From: Christensenellales bacterium
GTDB lineage: Bacteria; Bacillota; Clostridia; Christensenellales; UBA1242
Assembly (NCBI GenBank): GCA_051889215.1
Contig: JBJFDC010000003.1
Location: forward strand, 7,456-71,455
Direction: 5' to 3'
Length of the DNA: 64,000 bases
Both the position numbers and the translations under genes were made by a program. Positions 48,112 to 57,587 of the stretch are shown piece after piece. The notes below the pieces were generated by a model that was not told the origin of the DNA, searched no databases, and was given only the letters and a program-made list of their open reading frames with translations. Position 1 is the stretch's first letter. Each line of letters begins with the position of its first letter.

Positions 48112-48137
48112 AATCGCTCAAAACGAGTGATTTTTTT
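48112..48137 (+). terminator. rho-independent terminator after the tRNA 3'-half relic
   Basis: AATCGCTC-AAAAC-GAGTGATT (one G.U pair), running into a T7 tract. Confidence 0.55.
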
Positions 48138-48220
48138 ATTATATCCCCCACCTTATTATAATTAAAATTATTCCGTTTAATCGAGTTTTAGACAGTTAAA
48201 AAGGTGGTGGAATAAGTGAC

Positions 48221-48255
48221 AAAAAAACAGCACTAAAAACAATGCTGTTTTAATT
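48221..48255 (-). terminator. possible terminator of the MerR-family gene
   Basis: AAACAGCA-N10-TGCTGTTT with a short T-run on the minus strand. A weak candidate. Confidence 0.4.
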
Positions 48256-48259
48256 TTGT

Positions 48260-49057
48260 TTACTTTATTGGAATTTGAATTTCTGTTAGATAATTATTTT
48301 CGTCCTGTTCGTCCCAACAACCATGAATATAAACCTCACGGATTGGTCCTGCGATTTCAAATCCTTTCTCCTTTACATAATTTAGTGCATAGGCATAAGC
48401 TTGTGACAAATTTGCATACGACCCCCTGTGCTCAACAGATATCGCTTTGATTTCAGGGTCTCGTCTGAATTTGATGCTTTCGCTTTCCTTGCCGAAATCT
48501 TTGACTGCCTCAACATATTCAAGTTCCACATCTTTTTCCTTATATTCTTTTGCGGTGTAAGTGATGTAGCAATAGTCTTTGCACTGCAAGTTTGGATTGT
48601 GTTGTTTGACCTCCGCCCCTGCCGACAGAACAAAGTCAAAAATGTTTTGCATGGAATCGATGATCCCGTGCTTGTAATAAACAATGTTTTTTGGCACAAC
48701 AATTTCTTTTGCTTCGTATCTTTGCATAAATTCTCCTTTTTTTGCTTTCGCAATATATTTTTTTATTAAGGAGATTTGCTGTTGTTTTTTTGTGTATTCT
48801 TGCAACAAAAATTGCAAGTGGTTTTCCAAAACTTTTTCTTTTTGATTTGATTTTATAATCTTGTTGATTTCAACAATTGGCAAATCGAGTTTTCGCAATT
48901 CAACAATCATAACAAGGTCATTAAGTTGCTCTATTTCATAATATCTGTAGCCATTGTCGTCAACAAACACTGGCTTTAACAAATTTACTTCATCATAGTA
49001 TCGCAATGTTTTGACAGTTGACTTTGCAAGCTTTGAAAATTCTCCAATCTTTAACAT
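48260..49057 (-). CDS. MerR-family transcriptional regulator with GyrI-like effector-binding domain
   Basis: N-terminal IGEFSKLAKSTVKTLRYYDEVNLLKP HTH, a coiled-coil linker and a C-terminal GyrI-like/BmrR-type fold. AAGGAG RBS. Confidence 0.85.
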   Translation of the reverse strand: MLKIGEFSKLAKSTVKTLRYYDEVNLLKPVFVDDNGYRYYEIEQLNDLVMIVELRKLDLPIVEINKIIKSNQKEKVLENHLQFLLQEYTKKQQQISLIKKYIAKAKKGEFMQRYEAKEIVVPKNIVYYKHGIIDSMQNIFDFVLSAGAEVKQHNPNLQCKDYCYITYTAKEYKEKDVELEYVEAVKDFGKESESIKFRRDPEIKAISVEHRGSYANLSQAYAYALNYVKEKGFEIAGPIREVYIHGCWDEQDENNYLTEIQIPIK

Positions 49058-49127
49058 GGTTTTCTCCTTAACAATAAGATAATCAATGCTCCAGCAAGGG
49101 GAGAGTCAAGAGATTTTTTAAAATATT

Positions 49128-49382
49128 TTAAACTTTTTTCCATCTTTTTAGTGATGGAAACAATTTTTCACAATACGCTTTCATCTGTTTGTTGGTCATT
49201 CCCGCTTGCGCTCCATAGTTTGAACACATTTTTATGTATTCTTCCATGGTGACTTGGTCGACAAACTCCCCGCCGACAAAACAATATTTGCAATAGTCCT
49301 CGTTTATGCTGCCATCTTTGTTTGTGCCCAACTGGTTTTTGTCTGTGATGGGCATTCCACAACTTTGACATATTCGTTTCAT
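49128..49382 (-). CDS. zinc-ribbon domain protein
   Basis: MKRICQSCGMP...DYCKYCF, a 'putative zinc ribbon' family pattern. Start moved to the ATG at 49382, which follows GGAGG. Confidence 0.7.
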   Translation of the reverse strand: MKRICQSCGMPITDKNQLGTNKDGSINEDYCKYCFVGGEFVDQVTMEEYIKMCSNYGAQAGMTNKQMKAYCEKLFPSLKRWKKV

Positions 49383-49417
49383 GTTTACCTCCGAAATGTA
49401 TGTGTGCCAGAATAAGC

Positions 49418-49750
49418 TCACTCTTCTCTTATATAATATAGGTCGCCATCAACAAAACCATAGGATATTTCATTTGCCATTTTCAACTTTTTTTCATTCT
49501 GTTTGACAAACAACTCAATCTTGTCGTGAACGGCTTTTAGCACTTGTTCATAATCAATCGAGTTAGAACAAAGAATTGCTGGATTGTCTCTGCAAATCAC
49601 ATATTCTTCATCGTCAAAAGTCGCTTCCATTGAATAGCAATCTTCATCTTCATAGAGGTTAAACATGAGCGACTCTTCCATGTTGTTTGTTTCTTTCAAA
49701 ACCTCTTTAAAAAGTTTGTTTAGTTCTTTGTCGTTTAATTTAACATTCAT
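49418..49750 (-). CDS. hypothetical acidic protein
   Basis: ORF with a GGAGGGAG RBS before the ATG at 49750. No recognisable domain. Confidence 0.55.
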   Translation of the reverse strand: MNVKLNDKELNKLFKEVLKETNNMEESLMFNLYEDEDCYSMEATFDDEEYVICRDNPAILCSNSIDYEQVLKAVHDKIELFVKQNEKKLKMANEISYGFVDGDLYYIREE

Positions 49751-49835
49751 AACTCCCTCCATGGAATTATAACATATTTTTAACTTTGTATTGAGATTTT
49801 TTGATTTGTTTTTATAAATTTTATATAATGTTGTT

Positions 49836-51830
49836 ATGAAATTGCTTTCGCCTGCGGGCGACTTTGAAAGTTTGAAAATGGCAGTGAACTATGGCGCAGA
49901 TGAAGTGTATCTCGGCGTCAAGGATTTTAATGCCAGAAATATTGAGGGTTTTTCTCTCGACACTTTGCGTGATGCGGTTGACTTTGCTCACCTATATGGT
50001 GTCAAAGTCCACTTGGCAGTCAACATTCTTTTTTCCAACTCCGAGCTTCAAAGCGCTCTCGACCTTGTTGTTGACGCATATAATTTGGGTGTTGACGCAT
50101 TTATTATCCAAGACTTGGGACTAGCCCACCTCATTCACACAAATTATCCTGCAATTTGTATGCATGCAAGCACACAAATGGGATTGCATAATCTCGAGGG
50201 CGTTCAGTTTGCCAAAAGACTCGGATTTTCCCGCGTTGTTCTTGCCCGCGAAACACCGCTTGACGAAATCAAAAGAATAAAGCAAAATTGCGATATCGAA
50301 ATTGAATATTTCGCACAAGGCGCGCTTTGCGTTTCGTTTTCGGGGAATTGTTATTTGAGTTCATATCTTTGCAATGCGAGCGGCAATCGCGGAAAATGCA
50401 AGCAACTTTGTCGCCTGCCCTACAAATTCTTTGATGGCAACAAAAAAATCAAAGAGGGATATTTGCTTTCGGCAAAAGATTTTTGCATGCTCGAGCGTTT
50501 GGAAGACCTTAAATCTGCGGGTGTTGATGCAATCAAAATTGAGGGGCGAGCAAGACGCCCTTTCTATGTCGCAGTCGCAACGCGAGAATATCGAAAAGCA
50601 CTTGACCAAAAGGCAGCGGACACTAGAGAACTCAAACTTGCATACAATCGTGATTTTGTTGCGGGGTATTTTGACGGGAACGACAAAATTATTTCAAATT
50701 ACAAAAACCATATTGGCATAAAAATTGGCAAAATTGATAGAGTTGTCCGAGGCAAAAACTTTAATGAGATTTTCATCTCGTCAACACACTCAATTTCTCC
50801 AAAGTCAACAATCAAGACATTTGATGGAAACATTGAGAAAAACACACTCACTCTTTTTGATATAAAACAAATCAAACCGAACTATTTCAGGGCAACGACA
50901 ACTCAACATGTCGAGAGCGGGCTTGATGTGAATTTGATTATCGACGGGGCAAATTGCGAGGTTGAAAACTTCACGAGAAAAATTGATATCAATCTGAATG
51001 TATATGCTTTTGAAAATCAAAAAATAAAGACGGAATTTATCCACAACAATCGCACATATGTGTTTGAGAGAGAGACTTGCGAAAAGGCAAAAAATCAAGC
51101 ATTAACAAATCAGGATATTTGCAATAATTTTTCAAAAAATGAGTTCTTTTCTCCAACCGTTTTTGTTCAGACTCAAAACGCCTTTTTAACCAAGGCGCAA
51201 CTCAACAATTTCAGACGAAATGTCTATGAGAAAATAACTCAAATATTAACTCAAAATAACAACAAAAAATTGCATAAAACAAAAATTGCTGCAAATGTTG
51301 AAACAAAAGCGTTTGAAGACTTTGAAATAACCGAAAATTCAAGCGAAATTTATCATAATAAAAATGTTATTTATTCACCAGAAATTTACGAAATTGATGA
51401 CATAAAAAACTTTGTTTCAAACTGCAAAAAACAAAACAAAATTCCATATCTTGACACACCTAATTTTGCACTAGAAAAAGATGTTAAATTGTTGCAAAAT
51501 ATCATTGAAAAAACTCAAATAAATATTATTGCAAACAACTATTATGCACTTGCTTTCAAAACACAAATTGTGGCTGGTTGGGGACTCAATGTTTTCAACA
51601 ATATTTCAGCAAATGTTTTGGGTGTTCCAACAGTCAGTGCTGAATGTGAGGTCTTCCCAAAAATGCGAGCGCCATTCATGACTCTGCGCCATTGTCCAAT
51701 GAAGTCGAACATGGGTGCAAATTGTTCAAATTGTCCATATCGCGAGGGATTTTCCTATCAAATGGAGAATGGAAAAAAATTGTTCTTAAAACGAAAAAAA
51801 CTTTGTTCATGCACTTTTTATTTGGTGTGA
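49836..51830 (+). CDS. peptidase U32 family protein (long form with C-terminal extension)
   Basis: N-terminal LLSPAGDFESLKMAVNYGADEVYLG..FNAR and E.F.QGALC.S.SG.C..S motifs are typical of U32. Confidence 0.85.
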   Translation: MKLLSPAGDFESLKMAVNYGADEVYLGVKDFNARNIEGFSLDTLRDAVDFAHLYGVKVHLAVNILFSNSELQSALDLVVDAYNLGVDAFIIQDLGLAHLIHTNYPAICMHASTQMGLHNLEGVQFAKRLGFSRVVLARETPLDEIKRIKQNCDIEIEYFAQGALCVSFSGNCYLSSYLCNASGNRGKCKQLCRLPYKFFDGNKKIKEGYLLSAKDFCMLERLEDLKSAGVDAIKIEGRARRPFYVAVATREYRKALDQKAADTRELKLAYNRDFVAGYFDGNDKIISNYKNHIGIKIGKIDRVVRGKNFNEIFISSTHSISPKSTIKTFDGNIEKNTLTLFDIKQIKPNYFRATTTQHVESGLDVNLIIDGANCEVENFTRKIDINLNVYAFENQKIKTEFIHNNRTYVFERETCEKAKNQALTNQDICNNFSKNEFFSPTVFVQTQNAFLTKAQLNNFRRNVYEKITQILTQNNNKKLHKTKIAANVETKAFEDFEITENSSEIYHNKNVIYSPEIYEIDDIKNFVSNCKKQNKIPYLDTPNFALEKDVKLLQNIIEKTQINIIANNYYALAFKTQIVAGWGLNVFNNISANVLGVPTVSAECEVFPKMRAPFMTLRHCPMKSNMGANCSNCPYREGFSYQMENGKKLFLKRKKLCSCTFYLV

Positions 51831-51840
51831 AGTGTCAACA

Positions 51841-51879
51841 AAAAATACGGCGAAAGCCGTATTATTGTTTTGTTTTTTT
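51841..51879. terminator. bidirectional terminator (GAAA-loop hairpin)
   Basis: ATACGGC-GAAA-GCCGTAT with a flanking A-run and a T-rich tract. Lies between the convergent U32 and leuS genes. Confidence 0.6.
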
Positions 51880-51923
51880 AATAGAGTTTTTGTTTTGTTT
51901 TTTTACTGACAAAAGTGAAAACA

Positions 51924-54335
51924 CTATCCGCAAATTATATTTATGATTTTCCCAGGAACGAAAATAACTTTTCTTATTTCTCCAACAATCAAAGTTGGGT
52001 TTTGAGTTTTTATCTTTTCGATGAGTTCATCTTGAGAAATATTTCTTGATACCAAAATTATTCCTTTCATCTTTCCATTGATTTGAATTGGAAGTTTGAG
52101 TTCATCTTTTTCCAGATATTTTTCGTCATATTTTGGCCAAGCGGCATCAACAATATTGCCTCCAAACACAATTTCCAACAGTTCACTTGTGATGTGAGGT
52201 GCAAGCGGATTGAGGAGTGTCAAGAAAATTTTGTATTCATCACGAGTGACAAATCCGTCGGCTTTAACAAGTTTTACAAATGACATGAGAGAAGCAATCG
52301 CGGTGTTGAGTTTGAGTTCGTCGATATCTTCGGTCACCTTTTTGATGAGCGAGTTTATTTCATAGATATGCTTTTCTGAAACTTTTTCGCCTTTTATCAT
52401 GTCCTGCATTTCCCAAACGCGATTAAGGAAATTTGTTATTCCATTGATTCCGTCAAAAGTCCAAGGTGTGTTATCTTCATAACCGCCAAGGAAATGAACA
52501 TGGAGTCTTGCCGCATCGCTGCCATATTTGTCTATGACCTCCAAAGGCGAAACGCCATTTGCCGAACTCTTGCTCATCTTTTTGCCTTCGTCGTCCAAAA
52601 TTAATCCGCTGCCCATTTTGCGTTTGAATGGATTTCGAGTTGGGACAGCACCAATCTCATACAAGAAGTTTTGCCAGAAGAATGCATAGAGAACATGACG
52701 AGTGATATGTTCTGTTCCACCCGTATAACAATCAACCTCACCCCAATATTTGAGTTTTTCAAAATCGGCGAGCGCTTTGTCATTATGAGGATCGCAAAAT
52801 CTCAACCAATACCAACTCGAACCTGCCCAGTTCGGCATTGTGTCTGTTTCACGACGAGCAGGACCGCCGCAATGAGGACAAGTTGTGTTGACCCATGAGT
52901 CGATTTTTGAAAGTGGAGACTCACCGCCATCGCCCGGCAAATAATCTTTTGTTTTTGGAAGGCGAACTGGAAGGTCTTTTTCGTCCACTGCAACCACTCC
53001 GCATTTGTCACAAAAAACAATAGGGAATGGTTCACCCCAATAACGTTGACGATTGAATGACCAGTCTTGCATTTTGTAGTTGACAACTTTTTTGCCAGCA
53101 CCCATCGCAATGATTTTTTCTGCAATCTTTTGTTTTGCTTCCAAAACTTTCATGCCAGAAAATTCTTCGGAGTTTGTCATGACAGGGTTTTGTTTGAGAT
53201 AATCAATTTTTTCATAGGCGCAATCTGTTTTGTCGTTTTCGATGACTTTTATCATTGGAATGTTAAACTCTTTTGCAAAATCATAATCTCTTTGGTCATG
53301 GGTTGGAACTGCCATAACCATGCCAGTGCCATATCCGCAAAGAACAAAGTCTGCGATATAAATTGGCACGCTCTTGTTGTTTACTGGATTTACCGCTTTT
53401 ATCCCTTCAAGCAAGCAACCAGTCTTGTCTTTTTGGTTTGAAATTCTATCAAACTCGCTGCGATAAGCGGTTTGTTCTTGATATTTTTTTACTTCATCAA
53501 AATTTTTTATTGAGGTTGAAAGTTTTTCAATCAAACTGTGTTCTGGAGCCATAACCATGAATGTGATGCCGTATATTGTTTCGATGCAAGTCGTGAATAT
53601 GTCGGCAGTCGTGAGTTTTTTGCCACTGTCGTCCACAATATCAAAAGTCACTTGCATGCCCTCACTTCTGCCAATCCAGTTGCGTTGAAGTTCTTTGAGG
53701 TTTTCATTCATATCAATGTGGTCAACATTCTCAAGCAGTTTTTCAGAATATTCTTTCATTTTGAGAAACCAGACATTTTTTTCTTTTTGAATGACTTTTC
53801 CATGACATCTGTCACAAATCCCGCCTTGACTGTCTTCGTTGGAGAGAACAGTCTTGCAGTTTGGACAATAATTGACAACGCCTTTTTGTTTATATGCTTT
53901 TCCATTCTCAAAAAGTTTCAAAAAAATCCATTGAGTCCACTTGTAATAATCTTCATCGCTCGTGCAAAATGCTCTGTCATAATCAAATGAAAGTCCAATT
54001 TGTTTTGATTGAGCCATCGCATTTTTCATGCCGTTTGCAACAAATTCTTTTGGGTCAATCCCTGTTTTGAGCGCAGCATTTTCTGCAGGCAAGCCAAAAG
54101 AGTCGCCACCAATTGGAAACAAAACATTATAACCTTGGAGTCTCTTCATTCGAGCCAATGCATCTGCTGGGACTGAACCTTTGAGATGCCCCATATGCAA
54201 ATTGCCACTGATATTAAAGAATTCATACAAAACATAATATTTTGGTTTTGTTGGGTGAAAATCAACCGCGCAAAAACTTTTTTCCTTGTCCCATCTGTCT
54301 TGCCACTTTTTTTCTATCGCCTTGAAATCATACAT
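51924..54335 (-). CDS. leuS: leucine--tRNA ligase
   Basis: The HMGH motif (class I HIGH variant), KMSKS and an editing-domain insertion. Start at ATG 54335 (MYDFKAIEKKWQ), preceded by GGGAG. Confidence 0.95.
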   Translation of the reverse strand: MYDFKAIEKKWQDRWDKEKSFCAVDFHPTKPKYYVLYEFFNISGNLHMGHLKGSVPADALARMKRLQGYNVLFPIGGDSFGLPAENAALKTGIDPKEFVANGMKNAMAQSKQIGLSFDYDRAFCTSDEDYYKWTQWIFLKLFENGKAYKQKGVVNYCPNCKTVLSNEDSQGGICDRCHGKVIQKEKNVWFLKMKEYSEKLLENVDHIDMNENLKELQRNWIGRSEGMQVTFDIVDDSGKKLTTADIFTTCIETIYGITFMVMAPEHSLIEKLSTSIKNFDEVKKYQEQTAYRSEFDRISNQKDKTGCLLEGIKAVNPVNNKSVPIYIADFVLCGYGTGMVMAVPTHDQRDYDFAKEFNIPMIKVIENDKTDCAYEKIDYLKQNPVMTNSEEFSGMKVLEAKQKIAEKIIAMGAGKKVVNYKMQDWSFNRQRYWGEPFPIVFCDKCGVVAVDEKDLPVRLPKTKDYLPGDGGESPLSKIDSWVNTTCPHCGGPARRETDTMPNWAGSSWYWLRFCDPHNDKALADFEKLKYWGEVDCYTGGTEHITRHVLYAFFWQNFLYEIGAVPTRNPFKRKMGSGLILDDEGKKMSKSSANGVSPLEVIDKYGSDAARLHVHFLGGYEDNTPWTFDGINGITNFLNRVWEMQDMIKGEKVSEKHIYEINSLIKKVTEDIDELKLNTAIASLMSFVKLVKADGFVTRDEYKIFLTLLNPLAPHITSELLEIVFGGNIVDAAWPKYDEKYLEKDELKLPIQINGKMKGIILVSRNISQDELIEKIKTQNPTLIVGEIRKVIFVPGKIINIICG

Positions 54336-54419
54336 AATAAAAAACTCCCGTAGAACAATCTTTTGTTGAATTTTATCACAAGATGGTTCCACGGTCAAAC
54401 AATATGTTGATTTATTGGA

Positions 54420-54965
54420 TTATAGAAAAGATTTGTTTAACAAATCTTGTTTGAGTTTTTTGTATTCCTCTTCTGTTATTGCACCACTTTCTTTGAGCTT
54501 TGAAAGTTTTTCAAGTTCTTCTGTTATCATATCGACTTTGTTTTTAATCTCATACTCATCTTTGTCGAGAACAACTTCATTATCTTGACCGGCATTCTGT
54601 TCTTGTTTTGTGTTTTGTTCACCAACATGATTATAAGAAAAAGTTGAAACGCGTGAATATCTCGAGACAAGAAGTTCAACCCAAAATGCCATTGCCCACA
54701 CAATGAGATTGTTGAAAATGTTCAAAACAAGCAACGTAATGAACATTCCTCGTTTTGCAACAATATCTTTTAGCGACTTGTTTCTCATGACAAGAAAAAT
54801 TGTTCCTGTTGTCACTGAAAGAGCGCAATATATTGCGTCCATAACAATATAATATGTCGCAACATTAAAATAGAAAATGTCGCTAAAGAGTTGTGCAAAT
54901 GAAAACATTGATGAGACCAGGCAAACGATTCCAGCAACAAATAACGCTTTTTTTATTTCTTTCAT
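54420..54965 (-). CDS. polytopic membrane protein with C-terminal SHOCT domain
   Basis: Four hydrophobic segments and a C-terminal LSKLKESGAITEEEYKKLKQDLL. GAGGAG RBS. Confidence 0.7.
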   Translation of the reverse strand: MKEIKKALFVAGIVCLVSSMFSFAQLFSDIFYFNVATYYIVMDAIYCALSVTTGTIFLVMRNKSLKDIVAKRGMFITLLVLNIFNNLIVWAMAFWVELLVSRYSRVSTFSYNHVGEQNTKQEQNAGQDNEVVLDKDEYEIKNKVDMITEELEKLSKLKESGAITEEEYKKLKQDLLNKSFL

Positions 54966-55041
54966 ATTTTCTCCTCTATGTTATTTTAATACAGAAAATA
55001 TTTTTTAAAACATATTTAAGTTTTGGATTGATATAACAAAA

Positions 55042-55920
55042 TTATGCTTTCAAGACATAATAATTTATTTCGTCAACAACGACAAAATCATAATCTTTGA
55101 CATCAAGGCCTTTCAAGGAATAAGCAAATCCATTATTCTCTTCATTTCCAATGAGTGCATTGACAAATGGCGAAGCAATCATGAGATTAAAATCATCACT
55201 TGTGCCAAATTTGAACACGAGATTAAGTGTGTTCAAAAAACTCTTTGTGTCATCACTTGAAAGATTGTTGATTTCAATGTTTTTGCTCAAAATTTCATAT
55301 TCAAAAGCATTTTCGCCTTTTTTGACAGTTGATGTTGATGAAATATAGAGATAATCTGGAATCTTTTTTGCGATTAAATCCATTGGAAAAGAATTCATTT
55401 TTTGTTTGAGGTCGCGAACATCGACTTTGACAACAATGTTGATATCTGCTTCTTTTTCTCTCACTTCAACAAACTTAACTTGCAAAAATGAGATTTGAAG
55501 TTTATTTCCCGAAATATCAAGAGTCATACCCTCTTCATTTTGAGAAATGAGAGTGTTGATTATTGCCCCAAGTTGTTTATCCGAGAGCAAGAGGTCGGCT
55601 GAAATTTTGGACTCAACTCCGATGCCCTCTTCGCCAATCTTATATCCGCTTTCTTCGGAATATGAAATCAAACCTTGCATTTTTGCATTGACAGCAATTT
55701 GGGCAGATTTCATGTCGTCGTCAGAAAAGCGTGCGTCATATTTTGTTTCGTCAACCTGCTCATTCAATGTTTTTACTTGAGATATGGTTGAAAACACGCT
55801 GACATCATATTTTAATTTCACAAAGAGGCATGCTGCTCCCAAAAGCAACGCCAAAGAAAACACAATTGAGAAAATCCAAATCAAAAATCTAATAATTAAT
55901 GGTTTTTTTGTTTTTGCCAT
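55042..55920 (-). CDS. hypothetical membrane-anchored protein
   Basis: An N-terminal TM helix after MAKTKKP. AGGAGG RBS before the ATG at 55920. Confidence 0.6.
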   Translation of the reverse strand: MAKTKKPLIIRFLIWIFSIVFSLALLLGAACLFVKLKYDVSVFSTISQVKTLNEQVDETKYDARFSDDDMKSAQIAVNAKMQGLISYSEESGYKIGEEGIGVESKISADLLLSDKQLGAIINTLISQNEEGMTLDISGNKLQISFLQVKFVEVREKEADINIVVKVDVRDLKQKMNSFPMDLIAKKIPDYLYISSTSTVKKGENAFEYEILSKNIEINNLSSDDTKSFLNTLNLVFKFGTSDDFNLMIASPFVNALIGNEENNGFAYSLKGLDVKDYDFVVVDEINYYVLKA

Positions 55921-56031
55921 AAATCCTCCTAACAACATATATTATATCATAATCTTCAAAAAATGAAAAGATTAATGTCGATATGCATTTTTGTTTTTAT
56001 GTAAAAATTTGAAAAAAGATTTTCTCAAAAA

Positions 56032-57576
56032 TTATAACAATGGGAAGAAAAGTTTGAGCAATGCACACATCAATCTCACAAAAGCATTTTGTTTGTAATA
56101 CGCCATATTTATTGCTGTTTTGAAAATTTTTTCAAAATCCTTTTTTATGTCAACCAAACATTTTGTGTTTAGCATCAACATTCCGCATTCATAGTGATGG
56201 ATAAGACTTCTATAATCAAAATTAATTGTGCCAACGCATGCAAGTTTGTCGTCAACGAGCACTTGTTTTGAATGAATAAATCCTTTTTCAAATTCAAATA
56301 TTTTAACTCCGGCTTCTGACAAGTTTTTGTAGTGAGAACGAGTTATTGCCAAAATAACTTTTTTGTCTGGAATGTGAGGTGTGACAATCCTGACGTCAAC
56401 CCCTCTTTTGCTTGCACTGATGAGAGCCGCCTTAATTTTGCTGTCAATAATCAAATATGGAGTTGAAATATAAATGTATTTTTTTGCGGAATTAATCATG
56501 TTGAGATAAACATTTTCACCAATATGCTCTTTGTAAAAATATTTTGGACCATCTCCAAAAGGACAAACAAGACCGCTTCCTTTTGTTTTGCTTTTTGAAA
56601 AATATTGAGAAAAGTTTTCAGTTTGTTTTGTTTGAATGTCATATAGTTGCAAGAACAAGCAAACCAAACTTTTGACACCTTCTCCCTGCAAGCGAACAGC
56701 ACTATCTTTCCAAACCCCATATGGAGAAATATAGTTTGCATATTCGTCCGCAATGTTTATTCCACCAACATATCCAACCTTTCCATCAATCACAGTTATT
56801 TTCCTGTGATCCCTGTTGTTATATAGAGCAGATGTTGCACTTGAATATTCGTTGAATTTGACGCATTTTATTCCTTGTTTTTTGAGTTTTTTGGCAAAGT
56901 TGCTTGGCAGTTTTGCCATGGTTCCCAAGTCATCATACATCAACCTGACTTCAACGCCTTCTTTTGCTTTTTGCAACAAAACGTCATAGATTTGTTGCCA
57001 CATTTTCCCGCGTTCAATGATAAAGTATTCCATGAAAATATATTTTTTTGCATTCTTCAAATCTTGAACCAAATTTGATAAAAACTTTTCGCCGCTGTCC
57101 AAAAATTTGACTGACGAGTTTTGATATGGAGCAAAATTTGTTGTGTTATATATATACATGAATTGGCCAAAATCTTCACCTGCAACTTCACTCAACGCTT
57201 TCAATTCTTCTTCAGAAAGTTTGTTGTTTGCCGCAATTTCTCGGCTTGTGTTTTCCAAATTCTTTTTTGTTTTTCTTGGCACGTGAACTTTGACAAAAAC
57301 CATGCAAACCACAATCCCAATCAGCGGCATGATGATGCATAAAATAATAAGAGGAAGTTGTCCTTCAATGGTGATGTCGGAATTGATAATCCATATAACG
57401 ACGAACATTGATATGATTGCGATAATAATGTTGAGTGGCACAATGGCATTGTTGACGACAAGCGGAAAGAAAGCATTCAGTATAATCGGCAAAAATATGT
57501 ATAAACCGAGTTGCAAAATTATTGCAAAAACAACTAGTGTGAACCTGCTGAACAAAAGTTTGAAAAATTTTTTCAT
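56032..57576 (-). CDS. cls: cardiolipin synthase
   Basis: Two N-terminal TM helices and two HKD motifs (RDHRKITVIDG... and IHSKQVLVDD...). Confidence 0.9.
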   Translation of the reverse strand: MKKFFKLLFSRFTLVVFAIILQLGLYIFLPIILNAFFPLVVNNAIVPLNIIIAIISMFVVIWIINSDITIEGQLPLIILCIIMPLIGIVVCMVFVKVHVPRKTKKNLENTSREIAANNKLSEEELKALSEVAGEDFGQFMYIYNTTNFAPYQNSSVKFLDSGEKFLSNLVQDLKNAKKYIFMEYFIIERGKMWQQIYDVLLQKAKEGVEVRLMYDDLGTMAKLPSNFAKKLKKQGIKCVKFNEYSSATSALYNNRDHRKITVIDGKVGYVGGINIADEYANYISPYGVWKDSAVRLQGEGVKSLVCLFLQLYDIQTKQTENFSQYFSKSKTKGSGLVCPFGDGPKYFYKEHIGENVYLNMINSAKKYIYISTPYLIIDSKIKAALISASKRGVDVRIVTPHIPDKKVILAITRSHYKNLSEAGVKIFEFEKGFIHSKQVLVDDKLACVGTINFDYRSLIHHYECGMLMLNTKCLVDIKKDFEKIFKTAINMAYYKQNAFVRLMCALLKLFFPLL

Positions 57577-57587
57577 TTGTATTCCTT

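Noticed and set aside
47163-48259. A prophage, integrative element or defence island at the tRNA locus
   Set aside because: There is no integrase, recombinase, phage, reverse-transcriptase, restriction or toxin gene here or anywhere in the window. The whole region is non-coding, so at most a scar of such an element remains.
54336-54419. T-box leader expected upstream of leuS in a Firmicute
   Set aside because: Only 84 nt separate leuS from the upstream gene, and I could not find a specifier loop, a T-box sequence or a terminator/antiterminator. leuS is probably read through from upstream or regulated differently.
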